This document shows, piece by piece, positions 1 to 8,477 of a stretch of DNA of 64,000 bases. The stretch's first letter is position 1. The number at the start of each line of letters is the position of its first letter. Where the stretch lies: positions 1,942-65,941 of the forward strand of contig CALAQS010000351.1 of assembly GCA_937888435.1 (NCBI GenBank). Reading direction: 5' to 3'. The translations under genes were made by a program, and so were the position numbers. The DNA comes from an uncultured Acidobacteriota bacterium (GTDB lineage Bacteria > Acidobacteriota > Thermoanaerobaculia > UBA5066). Below the pieces are notes generated by a model. That model worked only from the letters and a program-made list of their open reading frames with translations, searched no databases and was not told the DNA's origin.

Positions 1-1137
1 GTGAAGGACGCTTTCCCCGCGCCTGACGAGGCCCTTCTCGATCGCGACCTCGAGTCCGGCGAGCGCGGCGACGCCCGTGGGCTCGGCGAAGACACCCGTG
101 CCGCGGGCCAGGCGCGGAATCCAAGAGAGGATCGCCTCGTCGCGCGCGGTCACGATCGCGCCGCCCGACGCGCGGACGGCCCGGAGGGCCTTGATGCCGT
201 TTCGCGGCGCGCCCACGTTTATGGAGTCGGCGATCGTGTTCGCCTCGACCGGCTCGATGCGCTCGTCGCCGCGCGCGAAGGTCCGGGCGAGCGGCGAGGC
301 GCCTTCGGCCTGGACGGCCAGGAGGCGCGGCAGGCGATCGATGACGGCGTGCCTCTTCATTTCGACGAGCCCCTTCCAGATCCCCGCCGTCGTGCAGCCG
401 TCGCCGAGCGCGACGGTCACGACATCGGGCATCCGGCCGCGCATCTGCTCGGCGATCTCCAGGCCGCAGGTCTTCTTCCCCTCGACGAGATACGGGTTGA
501 TCGCGCAGTTGCGGTTGTACCAGCCGAACGCCGCAACCGAGGACTGGCACGTCCGGAACGCGTCCTCGTACGGACCTTCGACCAGGAACACCCTGGCGCC
601 ATACACGAGGAGCTGGGCGACCTTCGCCTCCGGTGCGGAAACCGGCACGAAGATGAACGCCTTCATCCCCGCCTCGGCCGCGAAGCCGGCCAGCGACGAA
701 GCCGCGTTGCCGGTCGACGAGCAGGTGATCTCCTTCCGCCCGAGCCACCGCGCGCGCGTGACGCCGACCGAGCTGGCGCGGTCCTTGAACGATGCGGTGG
801 GGTTGCGGCCGTCGTCTTTGACGAAGAAGGCACCGAGGCCGAGCTCCTTCGCGAGCGCCGGCGCCTCGACCACGGGCGTGAAGCCCACCTGGAGGCGCGG
901 CCGGACGACGTCGTCGGGAAGGGGCAGGAGAGCCCGGTAGCGCCAGAGCGAGAGATCACGGTCGGCTTCGAGGGCCGAGGCGCCGAAGGTCCTCGCGATG
1001 AGCTCGTGGTCGTATTCGACGTCGAGGATTCCCTCGATCCCGCACCGCGGGCAGGTGTACTCCACTTCTCCGTGCACGTATACGGCCCCACACAGGACGC
1101 ACCTCAGACCCGTGACCTTCTGCAGCGGGCGGCTCAC
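1..1137 (-). CDS. thrC: Threonine synthase, partial (C-terminus lies beyond the window's 5' edge)
   Basis: Not in the ORF track because it runs off the edge. My translation of the minus strand from GTG (1137-1135) gives VSRPLQKVTGLRCVLCGAVYVHGEVEYTCPRCG, a Cys4 zinc-ribbon N-terminus. It continues FVKDDGRNPTASFKDRASS (the PLP-lysine motif of threonine synthase) and CSSTGNAASSLAGF. The frame stays open for 379 codons to position 1. The start lies 4 nt after the stop of the upstream gene. Confidence 0.85.
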   Translation of the reverse strand, partial: MSRPLQKVTGLRCVLCGAVYVHGEVEYTCPRCGIEGILDVEYDHELIARTFGASALEADRDLSLWRYRALLPLPDDVVRPRLQVGFTPVVEAPALAKELGLGAFFVKDDGRNPTASFKDRASSVGVTRARWLGRKEITCSSTGNAASSLAGFAAEAGMKAFIFVPVSAPEAKVAQLLVYGARVFLVEGPYEDAFRTCQSSVAAFGWYNRNCAINPYLVEGKKTCGLEIAEQMRGRMPDVVTVALGDGCTTAGIWKGLVEMKRHAVIDRLPRLLAVQAEGASPLARTFARGDERIEPVEANTIADSINVGAPRNGIKALRAVRASGGAIVTARDEAILSWIPRLARGTGVFAEPTGVAALAGLEVAIEKGLVRRGESVLH

Positions 1138-1141
1138 GCCC

Positions 1142-3754
1142 TCACCGTTTCAACGCCCGGGCCGCGGCGGAATCGCGCATGGGCAGAGTGAACCGTCGGA
1201 CGCCGTCGAAAGCGTGCAGGGCTGCGGCCACGGCAGGAGCCGTCGGCACGAGGCCGATCTCCCCCACGCCCTTGGCGCCGAACGGGCCGTCGGGCTGCGG
1301 GTCCTCCACGAGGATCACCTCCACCTCGGGCATGTCCAGAGCCCTCAGGACGCCATAGTCGCGGATGCGGAACGACGCCGGCATGCCGCCCACGCAGACC
1401 ATGTCCTCCGTGAGCGCGTAGCCGAGGCCCATGTGGATGGCCCCTTCGATCTGTCCCTCGCAGAGCTTCGGGTTGATAGCGCGCCCCACGTCGTGGGCGG
1501 CCACGACCTTCGACACGCGGCCGTTCTCGTTCACGACGACGACCTGCGTGGCGAAGCTGAAAGCCGGGTGGAGCTTCATTGGCTTCCCGGGCGGCGGCTC
1601 GTGGCCAAGCTTCGTCGTGTCGTCCTGCAAGACCTCGCCCACGTAGACGGTGCCCGCGAGGCTCGCGAGCGTTTTTCCGGAATCCAGGTCGGCCCTCAGC
1701 TTCCGCGCCGCGTCGATCACCGCGCGCCCACCGAAGAAAGTCGCCCGCGAGCCCGTCGTCTGTCCCACCGCCATCGGAAAGCGCGTGTCGACCCGGGCGC
1801 GGAAGACGGACGCTTCGAGGCCCGTCACCTCGCACGCGCACTGGATCAGGACCGTGAGAAGGCCCTGGCCCATCTCGGTGAAGCCGTTGTAAAGCGTGAC
1901 GCGGCCGTCCTCCTCCACGGCGAGCCGCGCCCGCCCCCACTCCTTCGCGCCGTTTCCAATGCCGCAGTTCTTGATGCCGCAGGCGATGCCTGCCCGGCCC
2001 GGGTTCTTCTCCCAGACGTCCTTGACGGCGAGGAGCGTCTTCTTGAGGCCGACGGAAGCCGTGAGCTTTTGCCCACCGGACCAGTCGTCGCCCACCTCGA
2101 GCGCGTTTCGCCACCTCATCTCCCAGCCGTCGAGACCGGCTTTCTCGGCCAGCATGTCGAGAACGCCCTCCATGGCGAAGTGGGCCTGGTTCGCGCCGAA
2201 GCCGCGCATCGCGCCGCAGGGCGGGTTGTTCGTGTAGACGGCCAGCGCCTCGACGTCCAGGTTCGAGCACCTGTATGGCCCTGCGGCGTGTCCGGCGGCG
2301 CGCTCGAGCACCTTCATGCCGCAGGACGCGTAGGCCCCCGAGTCGCCGATCATCCGCGCCCGGACCCCGGTCAACCGGCCCTCGGAGTCGCACCCGGCGC
2401 GGTAGTGCATCCGGATGGGATGCCGTTTCGGGTGGAGGCGCATGGACTCTTCGCGCGAGAGGACGAGACGTACGGGCCACCCCGTAGCGTGGGCCAAGAG
2501 CGCGGTCTGCGCCTGGATCGACATGTCCTCCTTGCCGCCGAAGGCGCCGCCGTTCGGGACGAGGACGACGTGCACCTCGTCCTCGGTCAGGCCGAGGAAC
2601 GCGGCGACCTGCCGCCGGTCGTCGAAGACGCCCTGCCCCTGGGTGTAGAGGGTCAGGCGGGCCTTCGAGTTCTGCCCTGCGAAGTCGCCCGGAGCGGCGA
2701 GACACGCCTCGGGCTCCAGGTACAGGTGCTCGATGCGCTGCGTCTGCCACGTGCCCTCGACGACGTGCGCCGACGCCGCGAGCGCGGCCTCGACGTCGCC
2801 GCGCTTGACGACCGAGCGCGAAAGGAGATTGCCCTCCCCACCCACGCGCGGGGCGCCCGGACGAAGTGCCTCCTCGGGGTCGGTCACGGGCGGGAGGACT
2901 TCGTACTCCACGTCCACGAGCGCCGCCGCGGCGCGGGCGGTGCGCGCGTCGACCGCGGCGACGGCGGCGAGAACGTCGCCGACGTAGTGCGTCTCCTCGC
3001 CCTCCGCCACGAAGCCCGGCCAGTCGTCGACGATCAGGCCGAAAAAACGCTTGCCGGGCACGTCGCGCGCGGTGACGACGCCCATCACGCCGGGATGACC
3101 GGCCGCCCTCGATGTGTCGACCCTCTTCACGAGGGCCCGCGCGTGCGGCGAAAGCGTGACGGCGCCGTGGAGCATGCCGGGGAAAGCGAGGTCGGCGACG
3201 TAGGGCCGCGTCCCGAGCGTCAGCTCCTCGGCTTCGTAGCGGTCGAGACTGGTCCCGACATGGCCCGAGACGTCCGGCGGCGAGATCGGCTCGCCCCGGC
3301 GCAGGCGGGCGGCGGCATGGAACGCATCGACGATCTTGACGTACCCGGTGCATCGGCAAAGGTGCGGATCGAGCTTCCGCTTGATTTCTTCGTCCGTCGG
3401 ATTCGGGTTCGCGTCCAGGACGCTCTTCATCCGGAGCGCGATGCCCGGGATGCAGAAGCCGCACTGAAGGCCCGCCGTGCGCGCAAACGCCTCGCCGTAG
3501 ATGCGGCGCTCCCCTTCGGGTACGCCCTCCAGCGTCAGGACGCTCTTCCCCCCGGCGTTCCGGGCGGGGATCGCGCACGAGGTTTTCGGATGCCCGTCCA
3601 CGAGAACGAGGCACGCCCCGCACTGCCCCTGGGGCGAGCAGCCGTCCTTCGGCGACGTGATCCCCGCGCCGTCGCGGAGGAGCTCCAGGAGCGACGCCTG
3701 GTCCGGGACGTCGAAGGCGCGGGCTGCGCCGTTGAGTGTCAGCTCAACGTGCAC
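1142..3754 (-). CDS. MOP-type molybdopterin aldehyde oxidoreductase / xanthine dehydrogenase family protein ([2Fe-2S] domains fused to the MoCo domain, no FAD domain)
   Basis: 870-aa ORF with a GTG start and GGAGG about 7 nt upstream. The N-terminus has two 2Fe-2S motifs (CSPQGQCGACLV; LQCGFCIPG...CRCTGY). Mo-domain signatures follow: GGAFGGKED, CGAMRGFGANQ and GAKGVGEIGLVP. Confidence 0.85.
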   Translation of the reverse strand: MHVELTLNGAARAFDVPDQASLLELLRDGAGITSPKDGCSPQGQCGACLVLVDGHPKTSCAIPARNAGGKSVLTLEGVPEGERRIYGEAFARTAGLQCGFCIPGIALRMKSVLDANPNPTDEEIKRKLDPHLCRCTGYVKIVDAFHAAARLRRGEPISPPDVSGHVGTSLDRYEAEELTLGTRPYVADLAFPGMLHGAVTLSPHARALVKRVDTSRAAGHPGVMGVVTARDVPGKRFFGLIVDDWPGFVAEGEETHYVGDVLAAVAAVDARTARAAAALVDVEYEVLPPVTDPEEALRPGAPRVGGEGNLLSRSVVKRGDVEAALAASAHVVEGTWQTQRIEHLYLEPEACLAAPGDFAGQNSKARLTLYTQGQGVFDDRRQVAAFLGLTEDEVHVVLVPNGGAFGGKEDMSIQAQTALLAHATGWPVRLVLSREESMRLHPKRHPIRMHYRAGCDSEGRLTGVRARMIGDSGAYASCGMKVLERAAGHAAGPYRCSNLDVEALAVYTNNPPCGAMRGFGANQAHFAMEGVLDMLAEKAGLDGWEMRWRNALEVGDDWSGGQKLTASVGLKKTLLAVKDVWEKNPGRAGIACGIKNCGIGNGAKEWGRARLAVEEDGRVTLYNGFTEMGQGLLTVLIQCACEVTGLEASVFRARVDTRFPMAVGQTTGSRATFFGGRAVIDAARKLRADLDSGKTLASLAGTVYVGEVLQDDTTKLGHEPPPGKPMKLHPAFSFATQVVVVNENGRVSKVVAAHDVGRAINPKLCEGQIEGAIHMGLGYALTEDMVCVGGMPASFRIRDYGVLRALDMPEVEVILVEDPQPDGPFGAKGVGEIGLVPTAPAVAAALHAFDGVRRFTLPMRDSAAARALKR

Positions 3755-3874
3755 GAAGAGCCTCCATTCGACCTGTCAGGATAACGGATGTCGGATCGTT
3801 CGATCGACTCTTCGAGCCGGGCGAGCGGGAACGGCCTCCGTGCTATGACCCAAAGGGATGAATCGCGCGACGGC

Positions 3875-5422
3875 CTACACCCTGACGAAGTCGATGTAGC
3901 CGCGTTCGACGTCGGTCGAGACGAGCTTCACGCTCACCTTGTCACCGATCTCGAGGCCCTCGCTGCCGCGCACGACCTTGCCTTCCACGGGCGGCCGGAA
4001 GATGCGCGCCCACGTGCCCTTCTCCGATGCACCGGTCACGATCCCGTCGAAGCGCTCGCCGATGCGCGTCTCGAGGAGCAGCGCCGCCGCGGATTTGCGC
4101 ACGAGGCGCTCGACCTTGTTCGCGGCGTCCTCCTGCTCGGTGCAATGGAGGGCGAGGCCGTTCAGCTCGGAGACGGAATAGGGTGACGAGCAGTGTGCGA
4201 GCGCGGCCTTCAGGAGACGCTGCGTGATCACGTCGGGGTACCGGCGATTCGGCGCGGTGGAGTGCGTGTAGTCCCGCACGGCGAGCCCGAAATGGCCGAC
4301 CGGCTCTTTGCCGGGCAGCTCGACGACGTATTCGCCGGCGCCCATGAGCTTCACGATGACGAGGGAGAGGTCCGGGAAGCGCAGCGGATCCGCTTTTCGC
4401 CGTGCCGCGAGGAACTCCTCCAGCGCCTTCGAATCCGGCTCCTCGGGCAGCGAGAACCCGTGCTCAGCGGCGACGGAGACGATGCGCTGCCACCTCTCGG
4501 GGGATCGTACGACGCGCCGCAGCGCGGCGAAGCCCGCCTCCTCGAGGTAGCGGGCCGTCACGCCGTTCGCGGCGATCATGAAGTCCTCGATGAGCTGCCT
4601 CGGCTGGTTCTGCTCGTCCACCGTCAGGTCGCGAATCTCGTCGCCGTCGAAGACGGCCCGCGCCTCGATCGTCTGGAGGTCGAGCGCGCCGTGTGCGTAA
4701 CGCAGGCGGCGAAGGCGCTGCGAGACGTCCTCCTGAAGCCGGATCTGCGCGTCGACCCCCGGCACTCTCGCCATCGCTTCCGGCATCTCTCCGCGTCCGT
4801 CGCGCCAGAGGTCCGCAGAGTCGTAGGCGAGCTTCGCCTTGTTGCGCACGAGGGAACGCGTGACGCTCGAGTCGCCGAGCGTCCCGTCCGCGTTCACGAC
4901 GTATTCGATGACGACGGCGAGCCGGTCCTCGTCCTGATTCAACGACGTGAGGTCCGTCGAGAGCTTTTCGGGCAGCATCGGGAAGACGCCGCCGGCCGTA
5001 TAGACCGACGTCGTGTTCCGCGCGGCTCGCGAGTCGAGAGGGGTCCCCTTCCTCACGAGCGCGTCCACGTCCGCGATCGCGATGAGCACCTTCACGGAGC
5101 CGCCGCCCAGCTCCTCGGCGACGGAAAGCTGGTCGAGATCCCGGCTGTCGTCGTTGTCGATGGAGGCCCAGAGGAGGTCACGCAAGTCGCGAATAGCGGG
5201 GTCCTTGTCGCGGGCGGGCGCCTCGATGTGCGTCAGCTGTTGGAGCGCATCCTTCGGGAAGTCGGGATCGAGCCCTTTTTCGCGCATCGCGCGGCGCGCA
5301 ATGTCGGCGAGGTCGGAGCGGTGGTGGCGGCCTCTCGGGCTCACGGCCCGATCTTGACATGGCGCAGGTTCGTCGAGGTCCGGAGCCCCCGCTCCTTCGC
5401 GCGGCTGCTCAATCCCTGTCAA
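3875..5422 (-). CDS. RNB-domain 3'-5' exoribonuclease (RNase II/R family) with C-terminal S1 domain
   Basis: 515-aa ORF. RNB motifs are [13 protein letters not shown] and [26 protein letters not shown]. The C-terminal S1-like segment reads [21 protein letters not shown]...[20 protein letters not shown]. No N-terminal cold-shock domains are evident. Confidence 0.85.
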   Translation of the reverse strand: MTGIEQPREGAGAPDLDEPAPCQDRAVSPRGRHHRSDLADIARRAMREKGLDPDFPKDALQQLTHIEAPARDKDPAIRDLRDLLWASIDNDDSRDLDQLSVAEELGGGSVKVLIAIADVDALVRKGTPLDSRAARNTTSVYTAGGVFPMLPEKLSTDLTSLNQDEDRLAVVIEYVVNADGTLGDSSVTRSLVRNKAKLAYDSADLWRDGRGEMPEAMARVPGVDAQIRLQEDVSQRLRRLRYAHGALDLQTIEARAVFDGDEIRDLTVDEQNQPRQLIEDFMIAANGVTARYLEEAGFAALRRVVRSPERWQRIVSVAAEHGFSLPEEPDSKALEEFLAARRKADPLRFPDLSLVIVKLMGAGEYVVELPGKEPVGHFGLAVRDYTHSTAPNRRYPDVITQRLLKAALAHCSSPYSVSELNGLALHCTEQEDAANKVERLVRKSAAALLLETRIGERFDGIVTGASEKGTWARIFRPPVEGKVVRGSEGLEIGDKVSVKLVSTDVERGYIDFVRV

Positions 5423-5735
5423 GCGGTTTCAGCTCGAGGAAGACGTCCCCATACATCGCCACGAACCGGCGGTACCAATCCCAGGCGAAGCGCCGGTTCT
5501 TCGAGACTTGCGCCAAACCTTCGACTGTCTTGTCGTTCAGGCGAGGTTCAGGATCGGTATCCATCATGCCCGGCATGGCTCTTTGGGCTTCGACCTCTTC
5601 GCGCAAACCCTTGGGATAGCACTTCTTGTTGTCGCAGAAGTGGGTCCCCCTGGTCCCGTTTCCTTTGGCAGTTCCCTCTCTGATACGGATAGACCAGCCC
5701 CGGACGCTGCGCCGGGCCTTCATCTTCGTCGCCAT
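5409..5735 (-). pseudogene. ppdK: Decayed remnant of the N-terminus of pyruvate phosphate dikinase
   Basis: 108-aa [52 protein letters not shown] matches the conserved PPDK N-terminal block [39 protein letters not shown]. The upstream part ([11 protein letters not shown]) matches the region before it, with an internal deletion. About 770 aa of a normal PPDK are absent. The 3' end overlaps the RNB gene start. Confidence 0.6.
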
Positions 5736-5861
5736 GCGAGCTTACCCCTCTGATTCCGGATGTCTGACGATGGCGTCGAATTCCCGTGACTTGCCAGGTT
5801 CCAGTTATCCCTCGCTAAAAAAAGGGCGTAGCATAGAGACGGGTGTCCCTGAAGGGGAAAG

Positions 5862-6350
5862 ATGTACCGGAACTTGAACGAGATCCTGCCCGACGAGGCG
5901 CAAAAGCAGCGCGCCCGGTTCGCTCCGGTCGAGGTGCCTGCTCCCGCACGGCCCGTCTGGAACTGGGAAGAGCTGAACGCGAAGTTCCGCCCCCGCCTCA
6001 TCGCCGCCGGCGTCATCCGCTTCGGCCTCACGCAGGACGACTGCGAGGACGCGGCGCAGACCGTCTTCCTCAAGGTGCTCGCGATGAACCCGCGCGTGCG
6101 CGACCCGAAGGCATACCTGCGCGCGGCGTTCCTGAATCAGTGCAACAACATCCTGCAGGCGCGCGAGAGGCGGAGCATCGCGCCTCCCGAGCCGGCGACC
6201 GCCAGCCGCCCGCTCACTCTCGCGGACTCTGGAGAGATCGCCGCCCGCGCCGCAACCGTGCCCGTTTCCTCCAGGACCGCACCGATGCGTGCCTTCCGGC
6301 GCACGCTGTGGGGGCGCATCCGCGCCGGACTCGCGAGGCTGAGGCCGTGA
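5862..6350 (+). CDS. ECF-type sigma-70 family factor (clear sigma-2, short and degenerate sigma-4)
   Basis: 162 aa. The sigma-2-like block is LTQDDCEDAAQTVFLKVLAMNPRVRDPKAYLRAAFLNQCNNILQARER. The C-terminal GEIAARAATVPVSSRTAPMRAFRRTL resembles the sigma-4.2 HTH (EIA...PxGTVxSRLxRAR). An ATG start is preceded by gaagggga. Confidence 0.55.
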   Translation: MYRNLNEILPDEAQKQRARFAPVEVPAPARPVWNWEELNAKFRPRLIAAGVIRFGLTQDDCEDAAQTVFLKVLAMNPRVRDPKAYLRAAFLNQCNNILQARERRSIAPPEPATASRPLTLADSGEIAARAATVPVSSRTAPMRAFRRTLWGRIRAGLARLRP

Positions 6351-7600
6351 AGAAGGACGACGTCTTCGACGCGATTCTCGAGAGCGAGGTCGTGCCCGAC
6401 CTGCCGCGTCAGGCCATGGGCCGCACGCTTCCCTTCGTGAGACCCAATGCGCGCGTCTCCGTGGAGGACATCTATCGTCTCTCGCAGGCGGCCGAAAAGC
6501 CCGCCGAGCTCATCCTCCAGACCGCACGCGCGGGTGCAGACGAGCTTGCTGCCGCGCTCCGCTCGCTGGACGGAAAACCCCACCGAGGCTTCGCGCTGCT
6601 GTATGCGGCGCAAAAGGCGTTCTCGCTTGTCCCGGAGGATCCTGCCCGCGCAAGACTGGTCGCCGATCTCCTATTCGCGGAAGCTGCGACTCTGGCGGCA
6701 GCAATTCCTGATTCTCGTGCGTCGACCCCCGCACCTCGCCAGGCCGTCCAGGCCGAAGCGACGCTTCTGAAAGCTTACGCGTTCCTTCAGTCCAGCGAGC
6801 CCCTACTTGCGCGCGAGGCCATCGCACCCGCTCGCGAGTTCTTCAGAGAATCCGGCGATCTTGGTTTCGGCGCCGCTCTCTGCGATTACTACGAAGGCCA
6901 GGCCGCGAGCTATGCGCGCGACTACGCATCCGCCGAAGGGCTTCTGAAGCGCGCTCTCGCGACCTTCTCGGAGTTCGGTCAGGACCATCTACGCGCGCGG
7001 GCTGAGGTTGCGCTCGGAACGCTTCTTCTCCACCGCGGCCAGAACGTCCGGGCTCTCCGGTATCTCGAAAGAGCTGGGGGTTGCTTCGACCCGGAGCAGG
7101 ACGCGCAGTTCCTCGTCCCGGCTCTGAACAACCGCGCTCAGTGCCTCATGCGTCTGGAGAGGTTCGACGAGGCACGCGCCGCGCTGGCGAAATCTCTGAA
7201 CCTGTGCCGGCGTTTCGGCTTCCGTTCGCATCTCCTGTTCGTGCGGAACGGGCTCGCCGAACTCGACGTGCACCGCGGCCAGTTCAAACGCGCGCTGCGC
7301 GCTTTCGGTGAAATCGTCAAGGAAGTCACCTCGCCGATCGACGTTGCGTTTGCGCGCCTTTACATCGCCGAGTGCCACGCTCGCCTCGGGAGCTACGGGC
7401 CGATGGCGACCGAGATCGAGGCGCTGCGGCGAGAGCGACAGGCAAACGCCTTCGCTCCTTCACCCGCTTTCGGCGAGCTCTTCGTCTGCCTCGATCAAGG
7501 GATGCTCGACGCCGACCTCATCGCGCACGTCCGCGAGTACCTGCAGGAAGAGGAAAACGGCGTGAAGGGTGCGTACCGCCCGCTAAGGCTCGCCGGCTAG
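6347..7600 (+). CDS. TPR-like helical-repeat protein, putative partner/regulator of the upstream ECF sigma factor
   Basis: The real part of track ORF 5843..7600 starts at GTG 6347, forming a GTGA overlap with the sigma stop. The sequence has alpha-helical repeat character (AEATLLKAYAFLQSSE, ALCDYYEGQAASYARDYASAEGLLKRAL, AEVALGTLLLHRGQNVRALRYLERA, LNNRAQCLMRLERFDEARAAL). No TM segment. Confidence 0.6.
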   Translation: MKKDDVFDAILESEVVPDLPRQAMGRTLPFVRPNARVSVEDIYRLSQAAEKPAELILQTARAGADELAAALRSLDGKPHRGFALLYAAQKAFSLVPEDPARARLVADLLFAEAATLAAAIPDSRASTPAPRQAVQAEATLLKAYAFLQSSEPLLAREAIAPAREFFRESGDLGFGAALCDYYEGQAASYARDYASAEGLLKRALATFSEFGQDHLRARAEVALGTLLLHRGQNVRALRYLERAGGCFDPEQDAQFLVPALNNRAQCLMRLERFDEARAALAKSLNLCRRFGFRSHLLFVRNGLAELDVHRGQFKRALRAFGEIVKEVTSPIDVAFARLYIAECHARLGSYGPMATEIEALRRERQANAFAPSPAFGELFVCLDQGMLDADLIAHVREYLQEEENGVKGAYRPLRLAG

Positions 7601-7629
7601 ACATAACTCAGCACCTGTCGCGAATTTAC

Positions 7630-7659
7630 TCGGCCGCCTTCGGGCGGCCGATGTTTTTT
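7630..7659 (+). terminator. Rho-independent terminator of the sigma/TPR operon
   Basis: tCGGCCGCC-ttcg-GGCGGCCGa forms a 9-bp GC stem with a tetraloop. It is followed by tgTTTTTTc and lies 30 nt after the TAG stop at 7600. Confidence 0.7.
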
Positions 7660-7752
7660 CGGGCGTCGGGGGTCAAAACGGCCCGCGTCCCTTGTCTTAG
7701 TAAGTGAAGGGCAGGAGAAATGCACCTGTCCGGCCGCGGGGTAGGAGGACGT

Positions 7753-7905
7753 ATGGAATTCTTCTTAGCGTTTTTCGGGCTTTTTTCGGGTTTTCTGATG
7801 GATGGCCCGGCCATTGTCGGACGCCACGGAGGCGCGTCGATCAGCTCGACCCCCATCGGAATCAGTGTCACGCCTATTGGAATCAGTATCACGCCTATTG
7901 GCTGA
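7753..7905 (+). CDS. Candidate small ORF (50 aa): hydrophobic N-terminus plus C-terminal tandem heptapeptide repeat
   Basis: ATG 7753 has GGAGG 4 nt upstream, in the same frame as track ORF 7720..7905. The translation is MEFFLAFFGLFSGFLMDGPAIVGRHGGASISS-TPIGISV-TPIGISI-TPIG*. It lies in a less GC-rich intergenic island between two hairpins. Coding status is unproven. Confidence 0.35.
   Translation: MEFFLAFFGLFSGFLMDGPAIVGRHGGASISSTPIGISVTPIGISITPIG
7855..7902. repeat. 21-bp direct tandem repeat, about 2.3 copies
   Basis: The copies are atcggaatcagtGtcacgcct / attggaatcagtAtcacgcct / attggc. There are two substitutions between the full copies (c/t and g/a). Confidence 0.9.
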
Positions 7906-7986
7906 GAGAGTCCGGGCTGACAGGAATTTAGCGAACGCCGTCTTCGGCGTCTGGGGAATTTTTCGCTCGGGAGGAGGAGTACCGAC

Positions 7987-8397
7987 ATGCTGAGAAGCCA
8001 CCTGCCGAAGGAAGAGCCGGCTGGCGACGTCACGCTGTCGTTGATGCTCCATGCGCCGCAGCCGGTCGTCGTGCCGAGCGCGACAGAGCCCGGGAAGGTT
8101 CTCCTTCACCTCGAAATCCGCAACAAGACTCTTCAAGCGTGGGAGGGGTCCACCGAAGCGGGTCCCCTCCTCGAGATGATCCTCCTCGACGCGGAAGGCC
8201 ACGAGCGCTCCCGGCAGACGCGCCAATGCCGGATGCTCGCCTATCCCACCCGCCTGGAGCCCGGGCGGGGATTCAACCTCCCCCTCTTCTTCACCCTGCC
8301 CGGGCTCTCCTCTTCCGGCGAAGACTTCCGCATCGAGATTCGCCTCGTGCCCGGCCGCGAAGTCCTCACCGGCCATCTCCGCGTCGAACCGCACTGA
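7987..8397 (+). CDS. Hypothetical protein (136 aa, beta-rich, no signal peptide seen)
   Basis: ATG is preceded by a strong SD (gggaggaggagtaccgac-ATG). The composition is protein-like (LLHLEIRNKTLQAWEGSTEAGPLLEMILLDAEGHERS...FRIEIRLVPGREVLTGHLRVEPH). I recognise no family. Confidence 0.6.
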   Translation: MLRSHLPKEEPAGDVTLSLMLHAPQPVVVPSATEPGKVLLHLEIRNKTLQAWEGSTEAGPLLEMILLDAEGHERSRQTRQCRMLAYPTRLEPGRGFNLPLFFTLPGLSSSGEDFRIEIRLVPGREVLTGHLRVEPH

Positions 8398-8477
8398 CGG
8401 CGGATTGACGTGGCGCGCCTACGCGGCGCGCCGCCCCGGTTGACCTACCTCCGCCCTTTTCGGCATCATCCGGCGCG

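Noticed and set aside
1-1191. 396-aa plus-strand ORF (and 77..940 +) at the left edge
   Set aside because: The translation is R/G/A/D-rich low-complexity sequence. The opposite strand in the correct frame encodes a clean threonine synthase with the NPTASFKDR PLP motif, so this is a shadow ORF typical of GC-rich DNA.
998-3784. 928-aa plus-strand ORF and 829-aa minus-strand ORF (1134..3623) overlapping the molybdoenzyme gene
   Set aside because: Both are Arg/Gly/Pro/Ala-rich with no recognisable motifs. The 1142..3754 minus frame carries all the Fe-S and MoCo signatures.
7855-7902. Tandem repeat as a possible CRISPR array
   Set aside because: There are only about 2.3 directly adjacent 21-bp copies with no spacers and no cas genes. 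It is not a CRISPR array.
7922-7955. ECF-type promoter (GGAAT...CGTC) upstream of gene 7987
   Set aside because: GGAAT at 7923-7927 is followed by CGTC motifs at spacings of about 11 and 20 nt. Neither fits the usual 16-18 nt, and the CGTC motifs are simply the two arms of the hairpin.
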